A DNA stretch of 24,221 bases from Chiloscyllium plagiosum (GCF_004010195.1 NC_057719.1:42994150-43018370); one strand, 5' to 3'; positions 1 through 9,945 are shown, numbered from the stretch's first letter. The notes: generated by a model from the letters alone, not told the origin. Program-made: numbers and translations.

Positions 1-410
1 GCAGGTGTGAGACACAGTGAGAGACACAAGGTGCACGAATCTTTATTCAATTTCCACCACCAGGAATATAGGAAAACACCCGGGTGGCCAGTGACAAACA
101 CTGCCCTTCGCATCAAAGGGCAGTGCTGTGTGATCAAAACAGTGAGGGGGTGGGTAGGGACTAAATCAAAATAGAGTTGGAGGGGGAAATAATGCACTCC
201 ACTCCCTGGGGGGCCTACCTCTCCCTGAACAACTCCAGGGTGTTGGTGGACACCGCGTGCTCCTTCTCCAAGGACACCCGGGCCCTAACGTAACCACGGA
301 AGAGGGGCAGGCAGTCGGCCCTAACGACCCCCTCCACAGCCCGCTGCCTCGACCTGTTGATGGCCAGTTTGGCCAGGCCCAGGAGCAGACCCACAAGGAG
401 GTCTTCAGAG
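1..410 (-). mobile_element. 3' end of a Tx1-clade (L1-Tx1) non-LTR retrotransposon, 5'-truncated; probably continues past the window start
   Basis: Minus-strand ORF2 C-terminus (409->161), then a 3'UTR with a 10-bp stem hairpin (99-125) and AATAAA (tttatt at 42-47). Retained CpGs suggest a fairly young copy. Confidence 0.8.
161..409 (-). pseudogene. Tx1-like ORF2 C-terminal fragment with one premature stop
   Basis: Hand translation: SEDLLVGLLLGLAKLAINRSRQRAVEGVVRADCLPLFRGYVRARVSLEKEHAVSTNTLELFRER*APQGVECIISPSNSILI*. LLLGLAKLAI resembles the Tx1 149-kDa protein C-terminus, and the TAG likely replaces a Trp codon (TGG). Confidence 0.75.
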
Positions 411-519
411 AAACTCCTGTTCTTAAATGTCAGCCAGGACTCCCTGATTGTACAAGATTAACAGTCCCAAACAAAGAATTTATTTTCATCATCTGGCTGA
501 CTTTGTTACCATCACTACA
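411..519 (-). mobile_element. 5' part of a probable LTR (Gypsy-like solo LTR), interrupted by the Tx1 copy
   Basis: Minus strand begins TGTAGTGATGGTAAC..GTCAGCCAG...CAATCAGGGAGTCCTGGCTGAC..AACAGGAG. It has a TG start and resembles a common shark LTR from memory only. Confidence 0.4.
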
Positions 520-589
520 TCTGCAACTTACACAACCAGAGATCAATGTGGTGCATGCCTACTGCACTGAGCATAACCTCTGAGTGCTC

Positions 590-760
590 AGAGGCAATAT
601 TTCTTTCAGTTGGACATAAGAAATTACATAGGACTATTTGAACTAAACAGGAGAATTCTCCTGTTGTACTTGTCAACAGTTAATGCTCAATAAATAATTA
701 AAACCCATTGTATGGCAATTTAACTTAATGCTTGCTTGGAATTCCTTGGCTCAAATCATT
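590..760 (+). mobile_element. Highly decayed Deu-domain (SacSINE1-like) SINE fragment
   Basis: Loose match of 'ggactatttgaactaaacaggagaattctcctgttgtacttgtcaac' to the recalled shark DeuSINE body. A possible tail in the opposite orientation lies at ~878-975. Confidence 0.3.
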
Positions 761-1039
761 TACTATCCAAGCCTTCCATTACCTAATCATAACATTCTGA
801 TTATCTCGTCTTCTCTTTCACTAATTTCACTTTGCTTATAGAACTTCACCTTGAGTTTTCAATAAGAAAACTAATAGAAAGAAATTGTACATTTAAGGAT
901 CCCTTAATAGTCTGAGGATCACCTCATGCATTTGACAGCTATTAAATTCCTTTAATTGTTGCATTACAGAGGTATATGAAATAAGGTATCATATTGTTGC
1001 ATGACACATGACTTGGCTGAACAAGGTTCATCCAGTAAA

Positions 1040-1353
1040 GGGTGGCAAGGTGGCTCACAGCACCAAAAACCCGGGTTCAATCCCAGCCTTGGGCAACTGT
1101 CTGTGTGGAGTCTGCATGTTCTCCTCCGGGTCATCCGGTTTCCTCCTACAGTCTAAAGATGTGCAGGTTAGGTGAATTGGCCAAGCTAAATTGCCCATAG
1201 TATTCAGGGATGTGTAGGTTAGGTACACTCATCAGAGAAATGTAGAGTAATAGGATAGGGGAATGCGTCTGGGTGGGATACTCTTTGGAGGGTCGGTGTG
1301 GACTTGTTGGGCCAAATGGCCTGTTTACACACTGCAGGGATGCTATAATTCTA
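1040..1353 (+). mobile_element. HE1 (V-SINE superfamily) tRNA-derived SINE with target-site duplication
   Basis: B box GGTTCAATCCC, V-domain (ctgtgtggag...aaagatgtgcaggttaggtgaattggcc), CR1-like tail (ggacttgttgggccaaatggcctgttt). Flanked by a 12-bp direct repeat GTTCATCCAGTA at 1026-1037 and 1369-1380. Confidence 0.9.
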
Positions 1354-1649
1354 TCTGCCAAAGATAAAGTTCATCCAGTATCAAGGTCCTTGCATTCAAT
1401 TACACACAACAAACTGAGGAAATTCAATAGTTATTTCTGTTAATGTGCAACACTGGAAAGGAAGTGAAAAGTAAAAACAGCAAGCTACTGAAGGATTTTA
1501 ATTTATAGCTTGTTTCCAAGACCATGTTTTAAAATCAAACATCTCCAGTACAGGTTAAAATTGCATCTCTTTTAGCTACTTTTATCATGCAGACAATCCT
1601 CTTTGATATTTCTAACATCCCATAATTGATGGGATTAATCATATACAAA

Positions 1650-1970
1650 CAGTGGCTCAGGTAGTTGACACTGATACCTCACAGCACCAAAGACTTGGTT
1701 CAATTCCAGCCTGGGGCGATTGTGCAAACTCTACACAGACATTCTCCCTGTTGCTCTGTGGGTTTACTCCAGGTGCTCCACACTGCAAAGATGTGCAGAT
1801 TAGCTGGATTGGCCATGCTAAATTGCCCTGTAGTGTCCAGGGTTGTGCAAGCTGAGTTGGATTAGCTATGGGAAATGTGGGCTAGGGAGATGGGTTGGGT
1901 CTGGATGGGATGCTGAATTTGGGATGGGCCAGTTGGCCTCTATCTGCACTGAATGGTTCCTTTGATTCTA
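1650..1970 (+). mobile_element. HE1/V-SINE, older copy with an internal micro-inversion
   Basis: gtggctcag head, GGTTCAATTCC B box, aaagatgtgcagattagctggattggccatgctaaattgcc; aligns to the other copies in the window. Confidence 0.85.
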
Positions 1971-1977
1971 AATTTAC

Positions 1978-2295
1978 AGGTGGCTCAGTGGTTAGCGCTG
2001 TTGCCTCACAGTACCAGGGATCCAGATTTGATTCCAGCCTCAGGTGACTGTCTGTATGGAGTTTGCACATTTGTCCCATGTCTGCATGGGTTTCCTCCAG
2101 ATATTCTTATTTCCTCCCACAATCCAAAAATATCCAGGTTAGATGAATTGGCCATGCTAATTTGCCTAAAGGATAAGTTATTAGTTAGGGGTAAATATAG
2201 GGTTATGGAATGGGTCTGGGGTTACTCTTTAGAGGGTCGGTGTGGACTTGTTGGGCTGAAAGGCCTGTTTCCACAGTGTAGGGATTTTAATTCTA
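1978..2295 (+). mobile_element. HE1/V-SINE, head-to-tail with the previous copy
   Basis: A box TGGCTCAGTGG, ctgtctgtatggagtttgcaca, tail ggacttgttgggctgaaaggcctgtttccacagtgtagggatt. Confidence 0.9.
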
Positions 2296-3426
2296 AAGAA
2301 ATCTTTAAATGCTTCAAAATTGTTTGGAATCCATTGAATAACAAAGAAAAGTGATTATCAGAGATAATGTCATATTGTTATCATTCTTGAAGTCTTTTTT
2401 TTTAATTTAAGCTTCGCCTTAGACTTCTATTCCAGATAAATCTTCAATTTTATAAGCCATTACTAAATTGGACGCTGGCATGCAGTCGCTGACTCATTCT
2501 TCATTTGCTCCAGGCTGATGGTTTCTGACACATAGCTGGCAACCTCTTCATAGTGCATTATATTTAATGCATTTAAGTGAAAATTCTAGCCTGCTTCACA
2601 TGATAAAATCGATGTATTAAAATGAATTGTGAAAATCCAGAACTCTCAGTTTTCAACAAATGAATCTTTTGACTGTCAAACATTTGACTTTCTACCAGCT
2701 AGTGTATTACCAGGAATCTTCCAGCAATCATCACAATTCACCAAGGGAGTAACGGCCGTACGATTATCTCATTTATATGTTCTCAAATAGAACTTTCTTC
2801 CTGAGATTGAAAATTAAACAAAACCATGTTGTCTGTAATGTTGGCCCAGACTTTACCTCTGAGCAGGTTATGGTGAACAAGAGGTGTTGTGAATTAGGAA
2901 TTCATGTGCTGAGCCAGAAAACAGATCCGAGGTACTTTAAATCTCTGCAACATCATGACTCCATTCTTCCTTAACACAATGTGGATTCCTCCCACTAACA
3001 GGTTCCAAATTTCCCACAGTTCAGCCAGAGGCTTTTTAAAATAATAGTTCCCCTCTTAAAGTAAAATTGTATTCTCTTCTGCTTCATTTGGACGGAGGAA
3101 AAGAGAATTTAATTTGAATCACAGGAATGTTTTCATGTCTCTGGGTTTTTTCTGTAGGTAATGCTGGAAAAGCCAAGTGGCTTAAGCAGCTGTCTCTAAC
3201 TACATTCCCTCTAATTTGCTTTTCTTCTGCGTAGACCTCTGTCTGAAGTCAGAATTCATATTAGGAAAGGTATTGTTGACACACTAATCGGAGTAACTAA
3301 AAATCCACATGGCTTAGAGGGAATGATGGTCTCTAGTCAGTGGGAGAAAGACTTCAAAAGACCAAGCACACTAAGCAGAGAAAGAGAAATTCTCATCTTC
3401 AGGAGCATTACTCCCAATACTGTCCT

Positions 3427-3560
3427 TTCCAAAGAACAATTATTGGACTCAAAACATTGACTCTGTTTTTGTCTCCATGAATGCCGCCAGACCTGCTGAG
3501 TTTCCCCAGCACTTGCTGCTTCCATTTCAGATCTCCAGCATCTGTGGTAATTCACTTTAT
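3427..3560 (+). mobile_element. Penelope-like element terminal (pLTR) remnant
   Basis: 'ggactcaaaacattgactctg...gccagacctgctgagtttccccagca...tttcagatctccagcatc' is homologous to in-window copies at 20366-20570 and 21836-21945, with a degenerate hammerhead at its 5' end. Confidence 0.7.
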
Positions 3561-3588
3561 CTGGATGAAGTGCAAGAAATAATTCAAC

Positions 3589-3623
3589 CACCTGATGAAG
3601 GAGCAGTGCTCCAAAAGCTAGTG
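3589..3623 (+). ncRNA. Minimal type I hammerhead ribozyme remnant (G12>A)
   Basis: Stem I CAC/GTG, core CTGATGA (3592-3598), extra A, stem II GGAGC-agt-GCTCC, AAAA instead of GAAA (3613-3616), loopless palindromic stem III (AGCT), predicted cleavage after A3620. Confidence 0.65.
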
Positions 3624-3697
3624 CTTCCCAATAAACTTGGTGTTGTGTGATTTTTAACTTTGTACACCCCAGTCCAACACCAGCACCTCCAAATCAT
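3589..3697 (+). mobile_element. Penelope-like element terminal remnant (second family)
   Basis: cacctgatgaaggagcagtgctccaaaagctagtgcttcccaataaac...ccccagtccaacaccagcacctccaaatcat: hammerhead motif followed by AATAAA. Confidence 0.7.
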
Positions 3698-3944
3698 CTT
3701 TAATAATCTCAACAGTGTTAGAGATGAGGAATGCCATCTTCCTTTTGCCGTCTTTGTAATCAACATTTGACAACAGGCCAACAGCCCTCTCCTTCTCAAT
3801 TTCACAATTGCCTGTTCCCTAAACATGACCCTCACTACCCAACACAAGACGACATCACCTCTCATTTTCATTACAAAAACGCACGCGCATCTTCCTTCTT
3901 CCCTTCACAGCATTCACAATCTGCACTCTCTTTTCAGTAACCTG

Positions 3945-4562
3945 GGAGATGGTGACATAGTGAGATCGTCACTGGACTGGTAATCTAGAGAAAGCAGGTT
4001 AATGATCTGGGACTTAGGTTCAAACATCAAGATGGTAGCTGGTATAATTTAAATTCAATTTACAAAAACTGGAATTTAAAGATTGTCACATTAATGCTAA
4101 CCGTGAAACCACAGTGATTGTTGTAATAAAACTCATCTGGCACACTACTGTCCTTAAAGGAAAGAATCTGCAATCCTTACCTGGTATGGAATGAGCTGCC
4201 AGAGGAAGTGGTAGAGACGAGTACAATTGCAACATTTAAAAGGCATCTGGGTGGGTATATGAATAGGAAGGGCTTGCAGGGATATGAGCCGGGTGCTGGC
4301 AGGTGGGACTAGATTGGGTTGGGATATCTGGTCAGCATGAACACATTGGACTGAAGGGTCTGTTTCCATGCTGTATGTCTCAATGACTTTATGACTCTAT
4401 GGTCTGGCTTATATGTGACTCTGGAATCTACAGTAATATGGTTGCCTCTTAATTCACTTCAGAAATGGCTGAGCAATTAACTTAGTGGCAAAGCAATTAT
4501 CGATGGGCAACAAATGCTGGCCTAGCTAATGGCACAAACCTTCCATGACAGAGTGAAAAAAA
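3945..4562 (+). mobile_element. tRNA-derived SINE (MetaSINE-like central domain, CR1-type tail), split by a CR1 insertion
   Basis: Head ggtgacatagtg...GGTTCAAAC; central 'catctggcacactactgtccttaaaggaaagaatctgcaatccttacctggt|ctggcttatatgtgactc'; tail gatgggcaacaaatgctggcc. Homologous to 7361-7690 (-). The superfamily name is tentative. Confidence 0.75.
4184..4399 (+). mobile_element. HER1-type CR1 LINE 3' end
   Basis: Encodes WNELPEEVVETSTIATFKRHLGGYMNRKGLQGY (CR1 ORF2 end); tail of (ATGACTCT)-like repeats. Confidence 0.9.
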
Positions 4563-5554
4563 TTACACACTAACTCCCACTCTCAACAGGTTAAGACAGC
4601 ATAAAATATAAGGGAGAAAAGAAGTATACAGTCAGGAGATGTCAAACAACATTATGACTAATTTAAAACTAGAACAGCAAGTGTTGGATATCAAGGGCTC
4701 TTCTGGAGTTGTCAGAATACGATATTTTGAGTCAATGTCCTTTCTCAACAGGATCTTTTAACAATGCTTTGTGAACATCAAAAATGCTTGATTGAGTCAA
4801 GTTGCCATGTGATTTCTGTCATCTGTTCAGCCTCTCAAGGCATTCCGGCACTTCTTCCTTCTCCCATCACAGTAGCTGCAGCTCACAGAAGAAAACACCT
4901 AAAAAGAAGAGAGTTAATGGTGTATGCACTTCAGTCTGAGAAATACAAATATTGAAATTAAATCACGTTTTCCTTGCTGACCTGGCATGCTTCCACACTG
5001 AAGTGCAATTTTCAAGCTAAGATCCTTCAACAAAGTAGTGAAAAACAAACGTGAGTTGCATACGTTGCCACTTTCCATAAGTAGTCAGAAGAGGAAATGA
5101 GAATAGGAAGCTGTCAAACTAATAATAGAATTTACAACATCCTCCCACTGTGGTGACAAAAGTTTCTAGTATACATGGAACACTGCTCCTGTCGTTTAGA
5201 TCAGGAGTTTATCAATTGTTTCTCAGAAAGGTGTTTGCTGCATTTTACTTGTTCCTGTGTTACACTCCCTGAGGAGTTACTGTAAAAGACACAATTTAAA
5301 AAATTGAAAATCACAACAATGTTTGGACATGAACATACAGATTTACTGGAGTTCTATTTTGAAGTATACAGGACAAATCAGACCAGTTTTAGTGTGTTTT
5401 ACCTTCTGGGCATTGAGCCATCCAGTGTGCTCTTCCTGATAACATGGAGCAACACAGAGCTGGGAGGTAGGAATGTGCCAAGGAATCAGTGGCATTTATT
5501 GAAAAGAACTGTGAGAGAAAGAGACAGAAAGTCTTGCACAAGGAGAGTGGTCTC

Positions 5555-6546
5555 ATACAGCCTGGTTTCAGAGCTCCCATTGACTAGAAGGAGCAACAGC
5601 ATGCCAGGGAGTTCCAAGCACAGGCAGCAGGACATCAGCAACTCAGGGCCAACTCAGCGGGCCAGCCTCAGATAGAGAAGAATGTCGGAGAAAACCAATT
5701 CCATTCTTCAAGCATGAGAGGGCCTACTGTCCAAAGGTCAACCACCCTCAGAGGTAGGGAAATGTCACCTGGGAAGCCAATTCTGATTGTTACATCATAT
5801 GGTGGGATCAACTGATATCCAAGGGATTTGGTGGACATCCAATGTCAGTGGACGTGAAGATCAGCACAGCTCTCAACCTTACAGAATTCTGTTGGGAAAA
5901 TGTATGGGATTCCAAATCCTATGCAGCATCTGTGCATCAAGGGACTGACCAGTGATTATGTATACTTCTACAGCTTCATCGGTTTGGGCCTCCTCACTGG
6001 ATCACCTCGGTTGCTGAATGGCCATTAAGGCTCCTAGTGAGCAGCAGAGGAGTGGTACAACCTGAGTGACCATCAGCAGGCAACAAGCTTTCAGATCTCT
6101 TAAATGATCCAGTGAGGCTTTTTAGCATGTCTTGACTTTTGTGTTATGATGATCTGCTGGGCAAAGTTCAATCTGGTACTGAAAAGTGGGGAGGTATTGA
6201 ACAATAAGCATATCTGGAATAGCAATTCCTCCTCTGATAAGTATATTCAAGGCTGAGATAGACAGATTTTTTGTTTTATCAGTAAGGGAATTAAGGGTTA
6301 TGAGCAGAACCCGGGAAAATGAATTAAGGATTAATCAGATCAATTCTTAACTCATTGAATGGCACAGCAGATTTAATGGGCTGAATGGTCTAACCCTGCT
6401 CCTATGTCTCATGATCTTATGGTCTCTGAAGAAGATATAGAGTAGGCTGCAGATGAGGGGGTTCATGATAAAGATCTCGTGTCAAGACCCTATGAGTATA
6501 CATAAGGACAAAGTGGGACATGTTAATGCAAAGAAGCTTCACATGA
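5555..6546 (+). pseudogene. Decayed PIF/Harbinger (HARBI1-like) transposase
   Basis: Collinear peptide remnants: KGFGGHPMSVDVKISTALNL (5821-5880), GKMYGIPNPMQHLCIKGLTSDYVYF (5894-5968), AIKAPSEQQ (6021-6047), VMMICWAKFNLVLKSGE (6143-6193; cf. CCALHN). Large deletions and frameshifts; ends approximate. Confidence 0.6.
6238..6425 (+). mobile_element. CR1 LINE 3' end inserted in the Harbinger remnant
   Basis: atattcaaggctgagatagacagattt (IFKAEIDRF) ... gggctgaatggtctaaccctgctcctatgtctcatgatcttatggtct tail. Confidence 0.85.
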
Positions 6547-6759
6547 CCTCTACTACCTGCTGCAACCATAGCAATATACTGTCACCTCCTTCATTTTGTA
6601 CTCTGTCATGCAGCACCCAAGTGTACATCAGACACTGGTCAGACTTAGGATTGACCTGGTGCAGCAAAGTTCATTCATTTCATCCTTTCATTAAGCCAGG
6701 TTGTAAACAAAGTCCCAAAGTGCAGGGAGAATTGAAAAGAGGTGTAATAATGTCACATT

Positions 6760-7260
6760 AACCTTTTACTGCACAGCATAACAAACTTTGCCTTCTGTAC
6801 TGGAGTTTGGGTATAGAGCTTAGCCTAGAATGACTTTAGTGACTGTCCCCTGGCTGTCTCAGGTCTGTAAGGCCCAGGCAAGCTGCGAGGTTGTTCTGTC
6901 TGTGCAAAGGCCTTCTCTGTGCTTACAGCAATGTGAGGCAATGGTGTCACTAGGGGCTGAGGAGCTGCTGTCCACAGTCAGATCACCCTGAGAGGAGCCC
7001 ACAGATGTTGTAGCAGTTGGTCCTTCTTCTTACTAGGCACACTTGGGTCTCCCTGCTGACCTTAGAAAGCTAAAGACCTGATGAAGACTCGCGGTGTTTT
7101 TTCATCCTTGCAGCATTGAGCTCAAGGACAAGGTGATGAGGGAGTCTAGGTCATGGTGCACACCTCCATGACCATGGGTTTTTCTGCTGAAGGGTGTGAG
7201 CGAATGATGTGACAGTGTAAATCTGCTCCTCCTCAGAGGGAGCTTGTTGTCCCTCATTCT
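6760..7260 (-). mobile_element. Possible remnant of the second (Myb/SANT-like) gene region of the Harbinger element
   Basis: GC-richer tract directly downstream of the transposase remnant; resembles shark Harbinger internal sequence from memory. No protein motif recovered. Confidence 0.25.
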
Positions 7261-7360
7261 CTCTGGTTCTGATTTCCAACCTGACCATGACCTTTATGAG
7301 AGAACAGACAGATTGAAGTGTTGAGGACTTCTCATTATATCTTTCAAATTGTCCCTATTG

Positions 7361-7690
7361 TTTTATTTAATTAATCTTTCATGGAGATGTGGGTATCACT
7401 GGCAACACCAGCATTTATTGCCTGTCCTTAATTGCCCTTTAACTGATTAGCTTGTTAGGCCATTTCAGAGGACAGTTAAGAGGCAACTGCATTGATATGG
7501 ATCTGGTCTCACAGATAGGTCAGACCAGGTAAGGACACCAGATTTCCTTCACCAAAGGACTTTAGCTAACCAGACGAATTTTCACTGCAGTCAATGATAG
7601 TTGTCAAGATCACCATTTCTGAGACCAACGTTATATTTCACATGTATTAACTGAATTAAAATTGCATCAGCTGCCATGTAGGATTGAAAC
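7361..7690 (-). mobile_element. tRNA-derived SINE, same family as 3945-4562
   Basis: Reverse-complement match: ccagcatttattgcc...ggccatttcagaggacagttaagag...cagaccaggtaaggacaccagatttccttc; head truncated at the B box. Confidence 0.8.
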
Positions 7691-8411
7691 AGTAAGCTGA
7701 ATCTTACCAGAAATTGGCTGTGTGTTAATTTTGGCAAGTTTTATGGAGGGTTCTGTTCCATCAGCCCTAGTGAGGCTATTTTCCCTACTCACCTCATTAC
7801 TTCTGTACACATCTCTATGGCTCCCTTGTCATATCCTCCCTCTTACCACAAGTGGAAATACTCACTACTGCAAAGGCATTCTGGGATTCCCAACACTGCA
7901 CCATTTTTAAAGTCCAGCCATGCACCCAGTCAATCTGTACCAGCCAGGAGTTGCTCTTCATTGTGCACACAGCAGGAAGCCAACCAAAAAGAAACACTTC
8001 TCAGGGTGCAGAAGTGGCAGGGCCAAGATTTCATTGCACAAAAATGCGTGCATTCATGTGTCTATTGCCACTTAAGAACCAAGTGCCATAGGTTACCCTT
8101 CTTTAGCATTATTTTATCTTACAGCCCTGTCCAAGGGAATGCTATACTTTCTCCAATACCCCAATGTAAACTAATATCTTATTCAATTACATACTGGAAA
8201 GTCTCCAAATGTTGAAAAACCTTCAGTTTTATTCAACAACAGCAAATGTGAAGAAACAAACAGAAGTATTTGCCTTTGGTAACAAATGGAACTTCCAAGC
8301 AACAACAAGTCCACACTCAGTGAGTGATTACTGCACCCAGTTTGTATCTGTTGGAACTGGGTATCAATTAAATCCTGTCAGACTTGTTGCGACTGACACT
8401 GTAGCACTCTA

Positions 8412-8765
8412 TCATTTCGAAAGTAATATTTCCTGATGTCCAATGTTCTCATCTTCCTTCTTGGAAGACCACTACTGCCCTCCCAGCTCTTCAACATTGA
8501 TAACATTCTCTTTTTGACTGTTTATACTTTGCAAAGCCCTGCAGGTTAGCACAATGTGGCACATTTTGTCTCGACTGTATTACAAGGCCTCCCCAGATCA
8601 AACCAAGTCACAGCACTTCATCTTCAATCAACCTAATGTCTTCTCCACAGTGGTTCTGGTTGTATATTGGGCTGCATTGAATCTGCACTTCGAATCAGTC
8701 AACAGGTTGTGTAATAGAGTCATCAGTCCTGAATGCTGAGGGTAGTCCTTGTCACCCACCATCCT
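8412..8765 (-). pseudogene. PIF/Harbinger (HARBI1-like) DDE transposase C-terminal half with multiple stops
   Basis: Single frame from 8762: MVGDKDYPQHSGLMTLLHNLLTDSKCRFNAAQYTTRTTVEKTLG*LKMKCCDLV*SGEAL*YSRDKMCHIVLTCRALQSI. Matches the family pattern GDxGYP..LMTP..YNxAH..TR..E..G.LKMRF.CL..SGG.LQY....C..LHN. Confidence 0.85.
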
Positions 8766-9530
8766 TGTAGGAATCCAGCCCTTGGCACTTTGGTACACTC
8801 ACTCATACAATGGGACATAAAATACCCCAACAAGGAGAGCTATGGAATGCCTCTCAATGGACATTTGTCATAAGGACGTTCTGATAAATGCAGCACAAGG
8901 CATATCATGTAAATATAATAAAAGTTTGTAAGTGTGTATGATTAATGATATTGTGTTCCCCCACCCCCAACACATCGTGCAAGAAAGGCAGCATTGCATA
9001 TAACAGCATGTTGGAAAACACATAGTTCAAGATGAAAGGAGATCAGCTCTGTGCCTTTGGGCAGCCAATGAAATCTTACCTTGTTTTTGTGAATAGTGGC
9101 TCCCAGATGTTACTTTATGTCACCTGTTTTCACAGACATAATTACCTTCAATCTGTAATGACCAGGATTGCTGTGACCAGGATTTGTATACAGGGAAAGG
9201 CACTGCATGCTTTTCACACACAGGGGACTATTATACAGATAACTTCAATGTGTAATATGACAAAGCCAGATTAATGCAAATGCCCCTTGAGATGCCTTAC
9301 ATTGCTCACAAGTAAAGTCCATGCCCTCAAGCAGAAACAAAACACTTGTTCTCCCCAATCTGGATATGGTCACAGCCATTTTCCATTTCCAGTATATACT
9401 TACAATGTATATGAGTGTGGAATGAAACACACCTTGACTGTGGAGCGAGCAGATCCCTGACTGATCTCTAAAACTTCCCAGCTGGCTTCCTGCAACTCCC
9501 TGGATTGGGTGCACTGGACCTGAAAGGCTT

Positions 9531-9658
9531 TCAAGGAATAATCAGGGAAGGGAGGATGAGGGTATTGAGCTGAATAATCAGTCATGGCCATATTGAATGG
9601 CGGAGCAGGCTCATGGGATTGAATAGCTTTCTTCTGCTCCTGTCTTCAGTATATCTAT
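9531..9658 (+). mobile_element. CR1 LINE 3'UTR fragment
   Basis: atcagtcatggccatattgaatggcggagcaggctcatgggattgaatagctttcttctgctcct; homologous to 6340-6410. Confidence 0.7.
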
Positions 9659-9820
9659 CAGAAATGGCCACTCCTGATCTGTAGTAATACAGACCCTCCA
9701 ATCTTGACCATCCCAGCAGCTAACCATGTCCAAGCCCTTGAACTGATACAGGACAATATCCTTAATTCAAGGACCCCCCTTGACTGAAGACTATCTCCTT
9801 TTACTAGCCTGCAGACTACT

Positions 9821-9945
9821 GGTACATGAACAGGAAAGGGTTAAACCGAAGCAAATGGGGCTAGTTCAGTTCAGGATACCTGGTCAGCATTGACAATTTG
9901 GACCGAAGGGCCTTGTTTCCATGCTGTATGACTCTCTGACTCTAT
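9821..9945 (+). mobile_element. HER1-type CR1 3' end
   Basis: ctggtcagcattgacaatttggaccgaagggccttgtttccatgctgtatgactctctgactctat; homologous to 4328-4399. Confidence 0.85.

Noticed and set aside
3725..3940. Decayed Penelope ORF fragment
   Set aside because: Only a vague compositional and peptide resemblance; too degraded to support as a feature.
8412..8765. Domesticated HARBI1 host gene
   Set aside because: Multiple in-frame stops and degraded motifs indicate a dead transposon copy.
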